Shown: positions 47,248 to 57,457 of the stretch, one piece after another
Position numbering within the stretch: position 1 is the stretch's first letter
How the letters are laid out: each line of letters begins with the position of its first letter
Source: an uncultured delta proteobacterium
GTDB lineage: Bacteria; Myxococcota_A; Polyangia; Polyangiales; Polyangiaceae
Length of the DNA stretch: 64,000 nucleotides
Assembly (NCBI GenBank): GCA_963782055.1
Contig: CAWAIF010000003.1
Location: forward strand, 4,864,001-4,928,000
Direction of reading: 5' to 3'
Program-made: the position numbers and the translations under genes
The notes under the pieces: generated by a model
Seen by the model: the letters and a program-made list of their open reading frames with translations, nothing else
Told to the model about the DNA's origin: nothing
Databases searched by the model: none

Positions 47248-49086
47248 TCACTTCGGGACGGGCGGGACGACCACCGTGTTGATCGGCTGCACGCTCGCGC
47301 CGGCCGGGTACCCGTAGCTCACCGCCTGCGAGTAGAAGCCGCCGCAGTTGTTGCACCGGTACTGCCCGCCCGTCTCCGCGGAGCCCCAGCCCCATACGGT
47401 GAGACCGAAGGGCGCCTTGCTGGAGATCTCGTGGCGGCCGTTGTCGCAGTTGCCCTGCTTCTGGAAGTTGTGACGCACCAGATCGGTGCGCGTGTACTCG
47501 TAGTTGCCGCTCGACCCGACCGGCTGCCAGCCCGTCAGCGTGCCCGCGCAGTCCAGGTTGACGTCCTCGAATCCGTTCTGTCCCTTCTCCCGCACGACGA
47601 CCAGGTTCGTCTCGGGGTAGGTGGGATCGGTGAAGAACACGTACGAGGGCAGGTACTGCTGCGGCGGGATCATGTTCACGAACTCGGGATCACCGCGGCA
47701 GTCGCCGCCCGTCCAGTACAGGGTGCAGCCCGTCATGTACTGCGCCATGTAGAAGGGGTGCTTGGCGTCCTGGCTGCTGACGACGAAGGGCCCCGGCGCC
47801 TGGAACTCCGCCGTCTGCCCCGCCGCGAGCGTCGTCGGCGCGCCCGCCGGGGTGGAGGGCTCCCACTTGAGGGTCGTGCCGTCCACCGCGCCGACGAGGC
47901 GCCACGGCGGGCTCTCCGCGGTGCCGTAGCGGTCGCGGTACTTCACGCCGACGTACTCGTGGCCAAGCGCCTTCACCGGCGGGAGCTGCTGGTGCGCGGC
48001 ATCGCACGCGCCGGCGTTGCTGGGTACGTCCATGCAGGTGGCCCCGCCGAAGACGGCGACGGGCTTGGTCGCCTGGATGGGGCTGCCGATGAGCTCCGCC
48101 GACTGGACGAACTGCAGGTACTGCCCGGCCTTCAGGTTGTAGGTGATGGGCGTGCCCTGCGGGTCCGCCGAGACCCCGCCGCCCCCGACGATGGCCGCCG
48201 TCGGGCTGATGGTGACCGCCGTGTCCTCCGCCGCGACGACGCTCACCCACGGGCTGCCCGCGGTGTTCTTGTAGGCGTCCACCGCGACGTAGTTGTCGTC
48301 CCAGGCGGGCGTGGGCAAGAGGAGGGTGGCGCTGGTGATGGCGCTGTTGCCGCCGCCGTAGGGGTAGATCTGGTAGCCCACGACAGGCGCCGAGGTGATG
48401 ATGTGGAACGCGTCGCCGATGCCGGTGCCGTGCAGGGCGGGGTCGGTCGTCAGCGCCGGGGTGATGCCCGCCGGACACCCGACGGGCGCGTTCGCCGTGG
48501 CGGCGAGGAAGAGGATCGCCACCTGGTTGGCGGGGATCTTTCCGCTCGGAAGCGGGCTGTAGGTGATCGACTGCCCGCTGCCCGAGGGGATGCGCTCGGC
48601 GCTGGCGATGTTGGGCAGCGCGACGCCGTTGCGCTCCACGCTCACCGAGACGGGCGAGCCCCAGGTGTTGGCGATGTAGACCGCCCAGCAGTCGCCGTAG
48701 TCGCCGGGGTACATGTCCGGGTAGAAGGTCCAGTAGTCGCAGCCGATGGTCGTCTTGCCGGCCTTCGCCGCCTCGCAGGCGTCCACGCACGCGCCGCCCG
48801 CGCAGCCCTGGTTGTCCGGGCACGTGCTGACGATGTTGTTGTTGCAGTCGAGGACCTGGTGCAGGTCGCTCGAGCAGTGCACCGCGCAGGCCGCGCCGTC
48901 CTTGCCGCCGCCGTCGCCGAAGGGGTTGCCGCCGTCGTCGAGGGGCGTGGTGGAGTCTCCCCCCAGCCCGCCGTCGGGGTTCTGGAAGGTAACGGGCGGC
49001 GTGCTGCCACACGCCGACAGCCAGAGGGACGCAGCCGCGACCGTCGCCGCGACCGCCACGCACCACGAGCGCGCGGTCTTCGTCAT
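47248..49086 (-). CDS. IgGFc-binding-domain lipoprotein
   Basis: SATLLLPT.AW, GS.I.A.KPVAVFGG, GDPEF..M.PPQQYL..YVF, SYGYPAG. Confidence 0.85.
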   Translation of the reverse strand: MTKTARSWCVAVAATVAAASLWLSACGSTPPVTFQNPDGGLGGDSTTPLDDGGNPFGDGGGKDGAACAVHCSSDLHQVLDCNNNIVSTCPDNQGCAGGACVDACEAAKAGKTTIGCDYWTFYPDMYPGDYGDCWAVYIANTWGSPVSVSVERNGVALPNIASAERIPSGSGQSITYSPLPSGKIPANQVAILFLAATANAPVGCPAGITPALTTDPALHGTGIGDAFHIITSAPVVGYQIYPYGGGNSAITSATLLLPTPAWDDNYVAVDAYKNTAGSPWVSVVAAEDTAVTISPTAAIVGGGGVSADPQGTPITYNLKAGQYLQFVQSAELIGSPIQATKPVAVFGGATCMDVPSNAGACDAAHQQLPPVKALGHEYVGVKYRDRYGTAESPPWRLVGAVDGTTLKWEPSTPAGAPTTLAAGQTAEFQAPGPFVVSSQDAKHPFYMAQYMTGCTLYWTGGDCRGDPEFVNMIPPQQYLPSYVFFTDPTYPETNLVVVREKGQNGFEDVNLDCAGTLTGWQPVGSSGNYEYTRTDLVRHNFQKQGNCDNGRHEISSKAPFGLTVWGWGSAETGGQYRCNNCGGFYSQAVSYGYPAGASVQPINTVVVPPVPK

Positions 49087-49260
49087 GGGGTCTCCAGCGC
49101 CGCGGGGTTGCACCGGGCGCGTGGCCCCCATTGTGCCACGGAAGAGCCAGCACCGCACGGCACGCCGCCGCGGAAAGCAGCGCCCTCGACGCGCGCGTGG
49201 TGCCGTATCCCCGTCGGAACAGAGCTTGCGTGAGGCGGCCGGTTGGCGGATTCTGACCTC

Positions 49261-50295
49261 ATGCATTCCCGGCTTCGTCTGGCCCTCGCCGCCGGTGCCC
49301 TGAGCGCCAGCGCGCTGCTCTGGGCTGCGTGCGGACTGGACGCGTCGGGGCTACTCGGGGTCGACGCCGGGCAGCCCGACGGCACGGTGGAAGCGGGACC
49401 GGATGGCCCGGATCTGGACGCCGAGCTGGACGTCGCCGTGGACACCTACGTCCCGCCGCCCTGCTCGACGCTGGATGCCTCGTGCCTGCCGCCCTACGAC
49501 CAGGACGCGTGGGTGCCCATCGCCCTGGCGGCGAAACCGAACAACCCCTGCCCCGACCCGCCCGACGGCAGCGACGCGGGCTTCAACACGCTCGATTACA
49601 TCGCCAACCCGAAGGCGCAGGCCGGCGCGTGCTTGTGCGGCTGCACCAACGCGGGCTCGCCCAACTGCGGCGGAAACGTGACCGTGGCGACCTCCGACGC
49701 CGGCAACTGCTCCAACGCGGCCACGACGACGATGGCGGCCAACGCCGGCTGCGTCGCCTTCGGCATCCCGGCCGACCCCGACGCCGGGCTGGACGGGGGA
49801 GGCAGCGTGAAGGTCACCGCGCCGCCCATGGATGGCGTCACCTGCAACACCAGCCGCACCGGCGACGCGGGCTGGACTGCCACGCGTGTGCGCGCGTGCG
49901 AGCCGGCCTCCTGCGACACCGATTTCTGCGGGTTGAAGGGCTACACGCTCTGCATCGCCCACCTGGACCCGACCGACGGCGGCTGCCCGAGCGGCTTCAA
50001 GCCGCACGCGGCGTACGGCGCGGGAGCCGGCGTGAATTGCCCCAACTGCGCTGGCTGCACCCTGACCAACGCCAAGTGCAGCGGCGCGCTCGTCGGCTCC
50101 GACATGAGCGACTGCTCGGGCAACCCCGACTTCACCGCCCCCGGCAACGGGGTCACGTGCACCCCCTTCTCCGGGGCGACGCAGGCGGTGTACTGGGACG
50201 CTGGCCCCTTGCCGAGCGTCGGGTGCGACATGAACGCCCAGTCCCTCGGCCTGGCGAAGCTCGCGGGCACCTTTACAGTGTGCTGTCAGCCTTGA
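49261..50295 (+). CDS. Cys-rich lipoprotein (paralog A)
   Basis: Lipobox WAAC-GLD, DAG repeats, C-terminal FTVCCQP. Confidence 0.75.
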   Translation: MHSRLRLALAAGALSASALLWAACGLDASGLLGVDAGQPDGTVEAGPDGPDLDAELDVAVDTYVPPPCSTLDASCLPPYDQDAWVPIALAAKPNNPCPDPPDGSDAGFNTLDYIANPKAQAGACLCGCTNAGSPNCGGNVTVATSDAGNCSNAATTTMAANAGCVAFGIPADPDAGLDGGGSVKVTAPPMDGVTCNTSRTGDAGWTATRVRACEPASCDTDFCGLKGYTLCIAHLDPTDGGCPSGFKPHAAYGAGAGVNCPNCAGCTLTNAKCSGALVGSDMSDCSGNPDFTAPGNGVTCTPFSGATQAVYWDAGPLPSVGCDMNAQSLGLAKLAGTFTVCCQP

Positions 50296-50355
50296 CCTGC
50301 GGCCCTGGTCGCGAGATGCCTTGACCCTGAAGATGATTTCTCACGGAGGCCGGTG

Positions 50356-51357
50356 ATGCACAGGTGGCGATTGGCGGTGGCGGTGGGGGTCCTGTCCGTG
50401 GGGGCAGCGGCCATCGTGGCGTGCGGGCTGGACCAGAACGGCCTGCTGAGTGACGCGGGCGGCATCGACGGCGGCCAGGACGTCGTCACCCAGGACGTCG
50501 TGCTCGACGTGGTCGTGGACGTGCCCACGCCGCCCCCGTGCGGGGATGGCGGGCCGTCTTGCAAGACCACGGCCGTCGGCCGCGACCCGGGGCTCTTCGC
50601 GCTGGACCAGAAGACCGCCTGCCCCCCCGGCTTCAACACGCAGGATCTCGTCATGAACCCCACGGCGCACGACAAGTGCACCTGCCAGTGCGACGATGGC
50701 GGCGCGCCCTCGTGCGATCCGAGCACCGTCGCGATGCACGTCAGCGACGCGGGCGGGTGCACCGGAACCTTCGACCTCACCGCCGACGCGGGGGATGGCG
50801 GCGCGTGCGGGGCCACGAGCGTCAACCTCCCGGACAACGGCTCGGTCAGCTTCGACAAGCCCGCGATGGTGGGCGGCTGCAGCGGCGGCAAGGGCGTCCC
50901 CTCCTCGACGAAGGTCGACGGGACCCCCGCCCGCCTCTGCATTCCGGCCGACTGCACCGAGGCCGTATGCCAGCAGCAGGCCGGCTTCAAGAACTGCCAG
51001 TACCTGCAGGGCAACGTCCTCACCTGCCCGGACGGCTACGACGGCGGCTTCTACCAGGCGATCGTCCCCTCCGGCACGCAGGTGACATGCGAGGGCTGCT
51101 CGTGCAGCGCGAGCGGCGACTGCAACGGCGCCCAGGTCAGCCTCTACAACGACGGCACCTGCCAGGCCGGCGCGGTCAACTTCGGCGCCGACGGCAAGTG
51201 CCACGACATCGACACCGCCCACTCCGGCGCGTTCGGCAGCGTGTCCACCTCGGTCAAGGCGCCGACCAATGTGGCGTGCACGCCGTCCAACGCCACGCCC
51301 GAGGCGGGCGTCGCCTACCCGCAGAACGCCGTCTTCACCGTCTGCTGCAAGCCCTGA
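50356..51357 (+). CDS. Cys-rich lipoprotein (paralog B)
   Basis: GGAGG RBS, lipobox IVAC-GLD, C-terminal FTVCCKP. Confidence 0.75.
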   Translation: MHRWRLAVAVGVLSVGAAAIVACGLDQNGLLSDAGGIDGGQDVVTQDVVLDVVVDVPTPPPCGDGGPSCKTTAVGRDPGLFALDQKTACPPGFNTQDLVMNPTAHDKCTCQCDDGGAPSCDPSTVAMHVSDAGGCTGTFDLTADAGDGGACGATSVNLPDNGSVSFDKPAMVGGCSGGKGVPSSTKVDGTPARLCIPADCTEAVCQQQAGFKNCQYLQGNVLTCPDGYDGGFYQAIVPSGTQVTCEGCSCSASGDCNGAQVSLYNDGTCQAGAVNFGADGKCHDIDTAHSGAFGSVSTSVKAPTNVACTPSNATPEAGVAYPQNAVFTVCCKP

Positions 51358-51361
51358 GAGG

Positions 51362-52066
51362 ATGCTCGTCGTCATCACCGGCGCCGCGGGCGCCCTGGGC
51401 TCGGCCGTCGTCCGCCGCCTGACGGGGGACGGCCACAAGGTCGCCGGCGTCGACCGGCCGCACGGCAAGGCGCGGCTCGAGGCCCTCGCCGCCGAGATCG
51501 GCCCCGCGCTCCTGCCCCGCGTCGTGGACGAATCGCAGGTCGAGGCGATGAAGGCGGCGATCGCCGAGGTGGAGCGCGCCGCGGGCGAGCCGGTGGCGGG
51601 CGCCGCGCTGGTGGCCGGCGGCTGGCAAGGCGGCCACCCCCTCCACGAGAGCGAGGACAACGTCCTCGACGCGATGATCGACGCCAACCTGGCGACGGTC
51701 TACCGCGCCCTGCGCGCGCTCCTGCCGGGCATGGTGGCGCGCAAGGCGGGGAGCGTCGTGGTCATCGGGTCGCGCAACGCCGAGCGCCCGTGGACGGGCT
51801 CGCGCGCCGCGGCCTACACCGCGAGCAAGGCGGGCGCGGTGGCGCTCGCGCAGGCGGCCGCGGCGGAGGTGCTGGAGCACGGGGTGCGCATCAACGCCAT
51901 CCTGCCGAGCACCATGGACACCCCGTCCAACCGCGCGGCGATGCCCAAGGCGGACCCGGCGCGCTGGGTGGCGACGAGCTCCGCCGCCGCCCTCGTCGCC
52001 TTCCTGCTCTCCGACGAGGCGCGCGACGTCTCGGGCGCGGCCATCCCGATCTACGGCCGGGCCTGA
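51362..52066 (+). CDS. SDR family oxidoreductase
   Basis: TGAAGALG, YTASK, RINAILPSTMDTP.NR.AMP. Confidence 0.9.
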   Translation: MLVVITGAAGALGSAVVRRLTGDGHKVAGVDRPHGKARLEALAAEIGPALLPRVVDESQVEAMKAAIAEVERAAGEPVAGAALVAGGWQGGHPLHESEDNVLDAMIDANLATVYRALRALLPGMVARKAGSVVVIGSRNAERPWTGSRAAAYTASKAGAVALAQAAAAEVLEHGVRINAILPSTMDTPSNRAAMPKADPARWVATSSAAALVAFLLSDEARDVSGAAIPIYGRA

Positions 52067-52128
52067 GCGAGAGCACCAGGCCGCGCTCGCCGGTGGACGG
52101 GCGGCGCGCGAGGGCGTAATCGGACGGG

Positions 52129-54366
52129 ATGCGCATCGTCAGCGTGGGCGGCGGGCCCGCCGCACTTTACTTCGCCATCCTCCGCAAGAAGGCCCACCCG
52201 GAGGACGACATCGTCCTCTACGAGCGCAACCTCCCCTACCAGACCTTCGGCTGGGGCGTCGTCTTCTCCGACGAGACCCTCTCCAACTTCGAGGAGGCGG
52301 ACGAGCCGACCTTCGCCGACATCACCCGGCGCTTCGCGCACTGGACGGACATCGACGTCTTCGTCAAGGGCGAGCGCATCCGCTCGGTGGGCCACGGCTT
52401 CGCCGGCCTGTCGCGCAAGGAGCTGCTGAACATCCTGCAGCACCGCTGCGAGGAGCTCGGCGTACGCCTGGTGTTCGAGAGGGAGATCGACGACGTCGAG
52501 GCCCTGCGCAAGGACGCCGACCTGCTCCTGGGCGCCGACGGGGTGAACAGCAAGGTCCGTGCACTCTACAAAGATCACTTCCGCCCCTCGGTGGACGTCC
52601 GCGAGTGCAAGTACATCTGGCTGGGGACCGATCTGCACTTCGACGCCTTCACCTTCGTCTTCGAGAAGAACGAGCACGGCATCTTCCAGGTCCACGGCTA
52701 CCCCTTCGACGACGCGCGCTCCACCTTCATCGTGGAGTGCGACGAGGCCTCGTGGCGCGCCGCGGGCCTGGACCGCGCCAGCACCGAGGAGAGCGTCGCC
52801 TACCTGCAGAAGCTCTACGCCCCCTACCTGAAGGGGCACGCGCTGCTCACCAACAAGTCGACGTGGATCAACTTCCCCACGGTCAAGAACGAGCGGTGGC
52901 ACCACCAGAACGTGGTGCTCATGGGCGACGCGGTGCGCACCGCGCACTTCTCCATCGGCTCGGGCACCAAGCTGGCGATGGAGGACGCCATCGCGCTGGC
53001 GCAGGCGATGGAGGAGCACCCGGAGCTCCCGGACGCCCTCGAGGCCTACGAGGCGGTGCGCAAGGACATCTCGGCGCGCACGCAGAAGGCGGCGCAGGAC
53101 AGCCTGCTCTTCTTCGAGAACGTGAAGCGCTACCACGACGTGCAGACCCCGCTGGAGTTCTCCTTCAACCTGCTCACCCGGAGCAAGCGCATCACCTGGG
53201 ACAACCTGAAGGAGCGCGATCCGGAGCTGGTGGCGCGCGTCGCGGCCGAGTGGAACGCGAAGCAGGGCGTGGCCGACCCGACGAGGCCCCCCATGTTCGC
53301 GCCGTACCGCCTGCGGGAGCTGGAGCTGCCCAACCGCGTCGTCGTCTCCCCCATGTGCATGTATTCTGCAAAGGACGGCCTCCCCGACGACTTCCACCTG
53401 GTGCACCTGGGGTCGCGCGCGCTGGGCGGCGCGGGCCTGGTCTTCACCGAGATGACCGACGTCTCCGCCGACGCGCGCATCACCCCCGGCTGCGCGGGCA
53501 TGTACACCGAGGAGCACCAGCGCGCGTGGGAGCGCATCGTGCGCTTCGTCCACGAGCGCAGCCCGGCCAGGATCGGGATGCAGCTCGGGCACGCCGGGCG
53601 CAAGGGGGCCACCAGGCTGATGTGGGACGGCATGGACCAGCCGCTGGAGTCGGGTGGGTGGCCTCTGCTCTCGGCGTCGGCCATTCCCTACTACCCCCAC
53701 TCGCAGGTGCCGAAGGCGATGGACCGGGCGGACATGGACCGCGTGACGGCCGACTACGTCGCCGCCGCGAGGCGCGCGATCGCCGCCGGGTTCGACATGC
53801 TGGAGATCCACATGGCGCACGGCTACCTGCTGGCGAGCTTCCTCTCGCCGCTCACCAACCTGCGCACCGACGAGTACGGCGGCGACCTGACCAGGCGCGC
53901 GCGCTGGCCGCTGGAGGTCTTCGACGCGGTGCGCGCGGTGTGGCCGGCGGAGCGGCCTATGAGCGTGCGCCTCTCGGCGGTGGACTGGCAGGACGGCGGC
54001 ATGAGCGAACAGGACTCGGTGGAGGTGGCGCGGCTGCTGAAGGCGCGCGGCTGCGACGTCATCAACGTGTCGTCCGGGCAGACGACGCCGATGGCGCAGC
54101 CCATCTTCGGGCGCATGTGGCAGACGCGCTTCGCCGACCGGATCCGGCACGAGGCGGAGATGCCGGTGATCGCGGTGGGCAACATCGTGGGGGCGGACCA
54201 CTGCAACACCATCCTCGCCGCGGGCCGGGCGGACCTCTGCGCGCTGGCGCGGCCGCACCTGTTCGACCCGGCGTTCACGCTGCACGCGGCGGCGGCGCAG
54301 GAAGTGGACGTGTGGTGGCCCACGCCGTACGCGCCGGGCAAGCCGATCTTGAAGCCGAAGACCTGA
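52129..54366 (+). CDS. abmA: Bifunctional salicylyl-CoA 5-hydroxylase / 2-aminobenzoyl-CoA monooxygenase-reductase
   Basis: GGGPA, TFGWGVVFSDETL, GDA..TAHFSIGSGTKLAMED, LLTRS.RI; C-terminal OYE domain NRVVVSPMCMYSA, HMAHGYLL. Confidence 0.88.
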   Translation: MRIVSVGGGPAALYFAILRKKAHPEDDIVLYERNLPYQTFGWGVVFSDETLSNFEEADEPTFADITRRFAHWTDIDVFVKGERIRSVGHGFAGLSRKELLNILQHRCEELGVRLVFEREIDDVEALRKDADLLLGADGVNSKVRALYKDHFRPSVDVRECKYIWLGTDLHFDAFTFVFEKNEHGIFQVHGYPFDDARSTFIVECDEASWRAAGLDRASTEESVAYLQKLYAPYLKGHALLTNKSTWINFPTVKNERWHHQNVVLMGDAVRTAHFSIGSGTKLAMEDAIALAQAMEEHPELPDALEAYEAVRKDISARTQKAAQDSLLFFENVKRYHDVQTPLEFSFNLLTRSKRITWDNLKERDPELVARVAAEWNAKQGVADPTRPPMFAPYRLRELELPNRVVVSPMCMYSAKDGLPDDFHLVHLGSRALGGAGLVFTEMTDVSADARITPGCAGMYTEEHQRAWERIVRFVHERSPARIGMQLGHAGRKGATRLMWDGMDQPLESGGWPLLSASAIPYYPHSQVPKAMDRADMDRVTADYVAAARRAIAAGFDMLEIHMAHGYLLASFLSPLTNLRTDEYGGDLTRRARWPLEVFDAVRAVWPAERPMSVRLSAVDWQDGGMSEQDSVEVARLLKARGCDVINVSSGQTTPMAQPIFGRMWQTRFADRIRHEAEMPVIAVGNIVGADHCNTILAAGRADLCALARPHLFDPAFTLHAAAAQEVDVWWPTPYAPGKPILKPKT

Positions 54367-54411
54367 ATCCAGACGCGGGAAGGCCATCCGGCCGGGCGCC
54401 GTACGAGGGGT

Positions 54412-54795
54412 GTGCCCTGCCGGTTCCCCGCCGAAGACGCGTGCGCACGCCTCGGTCTCCTCCTCGCCCTGGCGCTGGTGTCATGTCGGCCCGGGCAGGG
54501 CGGCGCTCTGCACTCGGGCCCGGAGCCTGACCCCGCGGCGAGCGGGAGCGCTCACGCACCGGTGGCGGCATCGGGGCCTGTCGACGCCTCCGCGGCCGAG
54601 GGGTCGGACGCCGCGCGCGCCATCAATCCGTGCTCGAGGGACTCCGGCGTGACAGGCGAGAAGGTCTTCGTGGGTGTGCTCCTCGGGACAAGGGACCAGC
54701 GTCACGAGCGGACGTACCGTTTTCGGCCGATCGTCGGTCTGCGCGGGGTCACCTCGGGCGACGAGGTCCGCGTCGTCGCCCACATCGGGGCCCCT
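54412..54795 (+). pseudogene. Probable 5' fragment of a lipoprotein gene
   Basis: LGLLLALALVSC signal, Pro/Ala linker, KVFVGV..., then sequence turns shadow-like after about 54790. Confidence 0.3.
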
Positions 54796-54995
54796 CGAGA
54801 CCTCGCGCGACATCGCGTGGTACGGAGCGCCGTGCTGGCGCGACGCGGACGCCTCGAGCGCCTTGCTCGCGAGGCGCGTCTCCTCCGTCAACGAGCGGCC
54901 GTCTTCCATGGTCACCACGAACACACGGTCCCCCACGCCGAAGTCGAGTAGCGCAGGTCCGAACCGTACCGCCCGAAGACGACGCGCCGCGGCCT

Positions 54996-55586
54996 TCACC
55001 GCGTCCCGGCGGCGCTCTCCTCGGTCGAGAGCATCATGGCCAGCAGCGTCTCGTCGCACGCGGGCGCCCCTTCGATGTGGAGCACCCGCCACCCGACGCC
55101 GGGATCGTTGCGGTACCCGCGGAAGCTGCACCCCCTGTCACGCATGCCGTGCGGCCCGGGCCACCACGACACGATGTAGCCGTCGTAGCCGGCGATGGAG
55201 ACGCGCGCCACCGGGTCCTGCGTCCAGAGCTCGGAGACGCCCTCCTCCTGGTCGCTCGGGTTGCACGTGTCGGTGCGCGGGGTGCGCGCCCACATCGCTC
55301 CTGGCCCGGCCACCCTGCAGACGCTCCAGGTGATGCGGTGGACGTCGTCCGAGCACGCGGTGCCGAAGCCATCGCGACACGAGAGGCTCGCAGGGACGCG
55401 CGCGGTGAGGCCGGCGGGGCCCAGCGCCGCCACCTTCGGCAGCGATCGGGCGGCGCTCCGGGCGCGCCACAGCGTGGGGCTAGGCTGCAGTCCGTACCGG
55501 AGCAGCACCCCGGACCACCAGGCCGCCCCCAGCCCGACCAGGGCCGCGGCGACGCCGGCGACGACGACGACGCGCCTCCACCTCAC
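54996..55586 (-). CDS. Hypothetical membrane-anchored protein
   Basis: GTG overlapping the S10 stop (GTGA); N-terminal TM; several Cys. Confidence 0.5.
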   Translation of the reverse strand: MRWRRVVVVAGVAAALVGLGAAWWSGVLLRYGLQPSPTLWRARSAARSLPKVAALGPAGLTARVPASLSCRDGFGTACSDDVHRITWSVCRVAGPGAMWARTPRTDTCNPSDQEEGVSELWTQDPVARVSIAGYDGYIVSWWPGPHGMRDRGCSFRGYRNDPGVGWRVLHIEGAPACDETLLAMMLSTEESAAGTR

Positions 55587-57085
55587 CCCGCCTCGAAGCA
55601 AAACCCCCGCGCCTCGCCGGTGAAGGCGCGCCGTGACGCGGCGTGCGTGTAGAACATGTGGCCGCCGGCGAAGTGGCGCGTGCGGATCTGCCCGGCCTGC
55701 GACGGCGCCAGCTTCATCAGCCGGACCAGGCGCTCCGCCGACGAGTACGGCGTGACCAGATCGTAGAAGCCGTGGCTGATGAGCACCCGCATGGCAGGGT
55801 TGAGCGCCATGCCGTAGCGCAGGTCGTCCAGCGATCCCGGCGCCTGGCTGAGCATGTGCTCGAGGCCGTCGTCCCGCCACGCCTGGTTGGCCTCCATGTT
55901 GAGCAGGACGTACTCGAGGTCCGTCTTCACGCCGAGGTGCTCGCGCAGGTGGGCGTTGATGCCGGCGGTGAAGAGACGTGTCGAGCCCTGCAGCGTCGGG
56001 TCGGGCCCGGCGTACGCCTGCCGGTCGGGGAAGGGGTCGACCGCGGTGATGGACGCGTCGTACATGCCGACGTAGCGGCGGCTGGATCGCAGCAGCGCGC
56101 GGCAGAACTGCTCGCGCGTGATGCGGCCGAGGGCGGCGTGGATCATGGCGTCGGGCAGGCCGATGAGCGCGGCGGCGCGCTCGCAGACCTGGTGGCGGCG
56201 CGCCTCCGGCATGCGGTCGCCCTGGGCGAGCATGCTGACCCACTCCCCGACGGCGAACGCCTCGGCGGCGGCCAGGTGATCGGCGAGGGCGGTGCCGCCC
56301 CCGGCGAGCCCGTGGACGTGGGCGGCCGCCGCGAAGGCGGGCAGCATCTCCACCCAGTGCTCCATGTCGTAGTCGGTGCCGTCCAGGGCCGCGAGCTCGA
56401 TGCCCGGGGAGATGAGGATCGCCGCGTTGAGCCCCACGCCGAAGTCCTCCTGCAGCGCGCGGGCGAGGCGGCCGACGCGGAAGCCGCCGTAGCTCTCCCC
56501 GGCGATCGCGACGGGGGAGCGCCACCGCCCGTGCGTGGTGAGGACGCGGCAGATGAACTGCCCGACCGACTCGATGTCGCGCTTGACCCGCCAGAACTCG
56601 CTCGGCTTCGGCTTCTCCTCCCCCTTGCCCTTCTTGTCGGCGCGCTCGTCGTCGTGCTCGTGCGAGCGCGAGAAGCCGGTGCCGACGGGATCGACGCAGA
56701 CGATGTCGGTGAAGGCGAGCCAGCTCTCCGGGTTGTCGGCCAGGCGCACTGGCGGCGCGGGCGTCGCGCCGTCGTCGCCGACGACCACGCGCGTCGGGCC
56801 GATGGCGCCCATGTGCAGGTACGCCGACGCGGCCCCGGGGCCGCCGTTGAAGACGAAGGTGAGCGGCCGCCGCGCGGGGTCGGCGTCGGCGGCGAAGTAG
56901 CCGGTGTAGAACATGCTCGCGATCGGCTCGTCGTGCTTCTGCAGGACGATCCAGTCGGCGACCGCGCGGTAGCGGAGCGTGCCGCCGGCGAGCGCGAGCT
57001 CCCGCTCGACCTGGGCGCCGGTCCCCAGGGAGCGGACGGACTTGGTGTCGGGGGTCTTGGTGGGCTCCGGGGTGGGCTCGCTCAT
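55583..57085 (-). CDS. Peptidase S10 (serine carboxypeptidase)
   Basis: FNGGPGAAS, DPVGTGFS, GESYGG, GFYDLVTPY, GGHMFY. Confidence 0.92.
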   Translation of the reverse strand: MSEPTPEPTKTPDTKSVRSLGTGAQVERELALAGGTLRYRAVADWIVLQKHDEPIASMFYTGYFAADADPARRPLTFVFNGGPGAASAYLHMGAIGPTRVVVGDDGATPAPPVRLADNPESWLAFTDIVCVDPVGTGFSRSHEHDDERADKKGKGEEKPKPSEFWRVKRDIESVGQFICRVLTTHGRWRSPVAIAGESYGGFRVGRLARALQEDFGVGLNAAILISPGIELAALDGTDYDMEHWVEMLPAFAAAAHVHGLAGGGTALADHLAAAEAFAVGEWVSMLAQGDRMPEARRHQVCERAAALIGLPDAMIHAALGRITREQFCRALLRSSRRYVGMYDASITAVDPFPDRQAYAGPDPTLQGSTRLFTAGINAHLREHLGVKTDLEYVLLNMEANQAWRDDGLEHMLSQAPGSLDDLRYGMALNPAMRVLISHGFYDLVTPYSSAERLVRLMKLAPSQAGQIRTRHFAGGHMFYTHAASRRAFTGEARGFCFEAG

Positions 57086-57178
57086 CGCCGAAGGCATACC
57101 ACGCGACGGCGGCGCGGCCGCCGTCATCGGCGGGCAGACCGCGCACCGCGCCCCGCGGCCGGCGCGTACGCGCTCACC

Positions 57179-57457
57179 TCATTGCGAGCCGCGCGTCGTA
57201 TCCGACGCCTCGCACACGGCGATGATGAGACTCACGAGCGCGTAGATGATGGTGACGCCTACCACGAGGTTGCAGACAGCGAGCACGACGTACCCGATGA
57301 CGCCGTTCAACCGCCCGCTCAGCACAATCGGCAGCACGATCATCGCCAGGAGCGTCAGGATGTCCCCGACGCCGTGGCCGAACGCTCCCCGAACCGTACG
57401 GTGCGGCAGAGCCCCCTCCTCCTTCGCGCGCGGGGCGGGCTGACGGTAGGGACTCAT
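57179..57457 (-). CDS. Small two-TM membrane protein
   Basis: ATGA overlap with upstream gene; two hydrophobic segments; N-terminal SPYR. Confidence 0.55.
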   Translation of the reverse strand: MSPYRQPAPRAKEEGALPHRTVRGAFGHGVGDILTLLAMIVLPIVLSGRLNGVIGYVVLAVCNLVVGVTIIYALVSLIIAVCEASDTTRGSQ

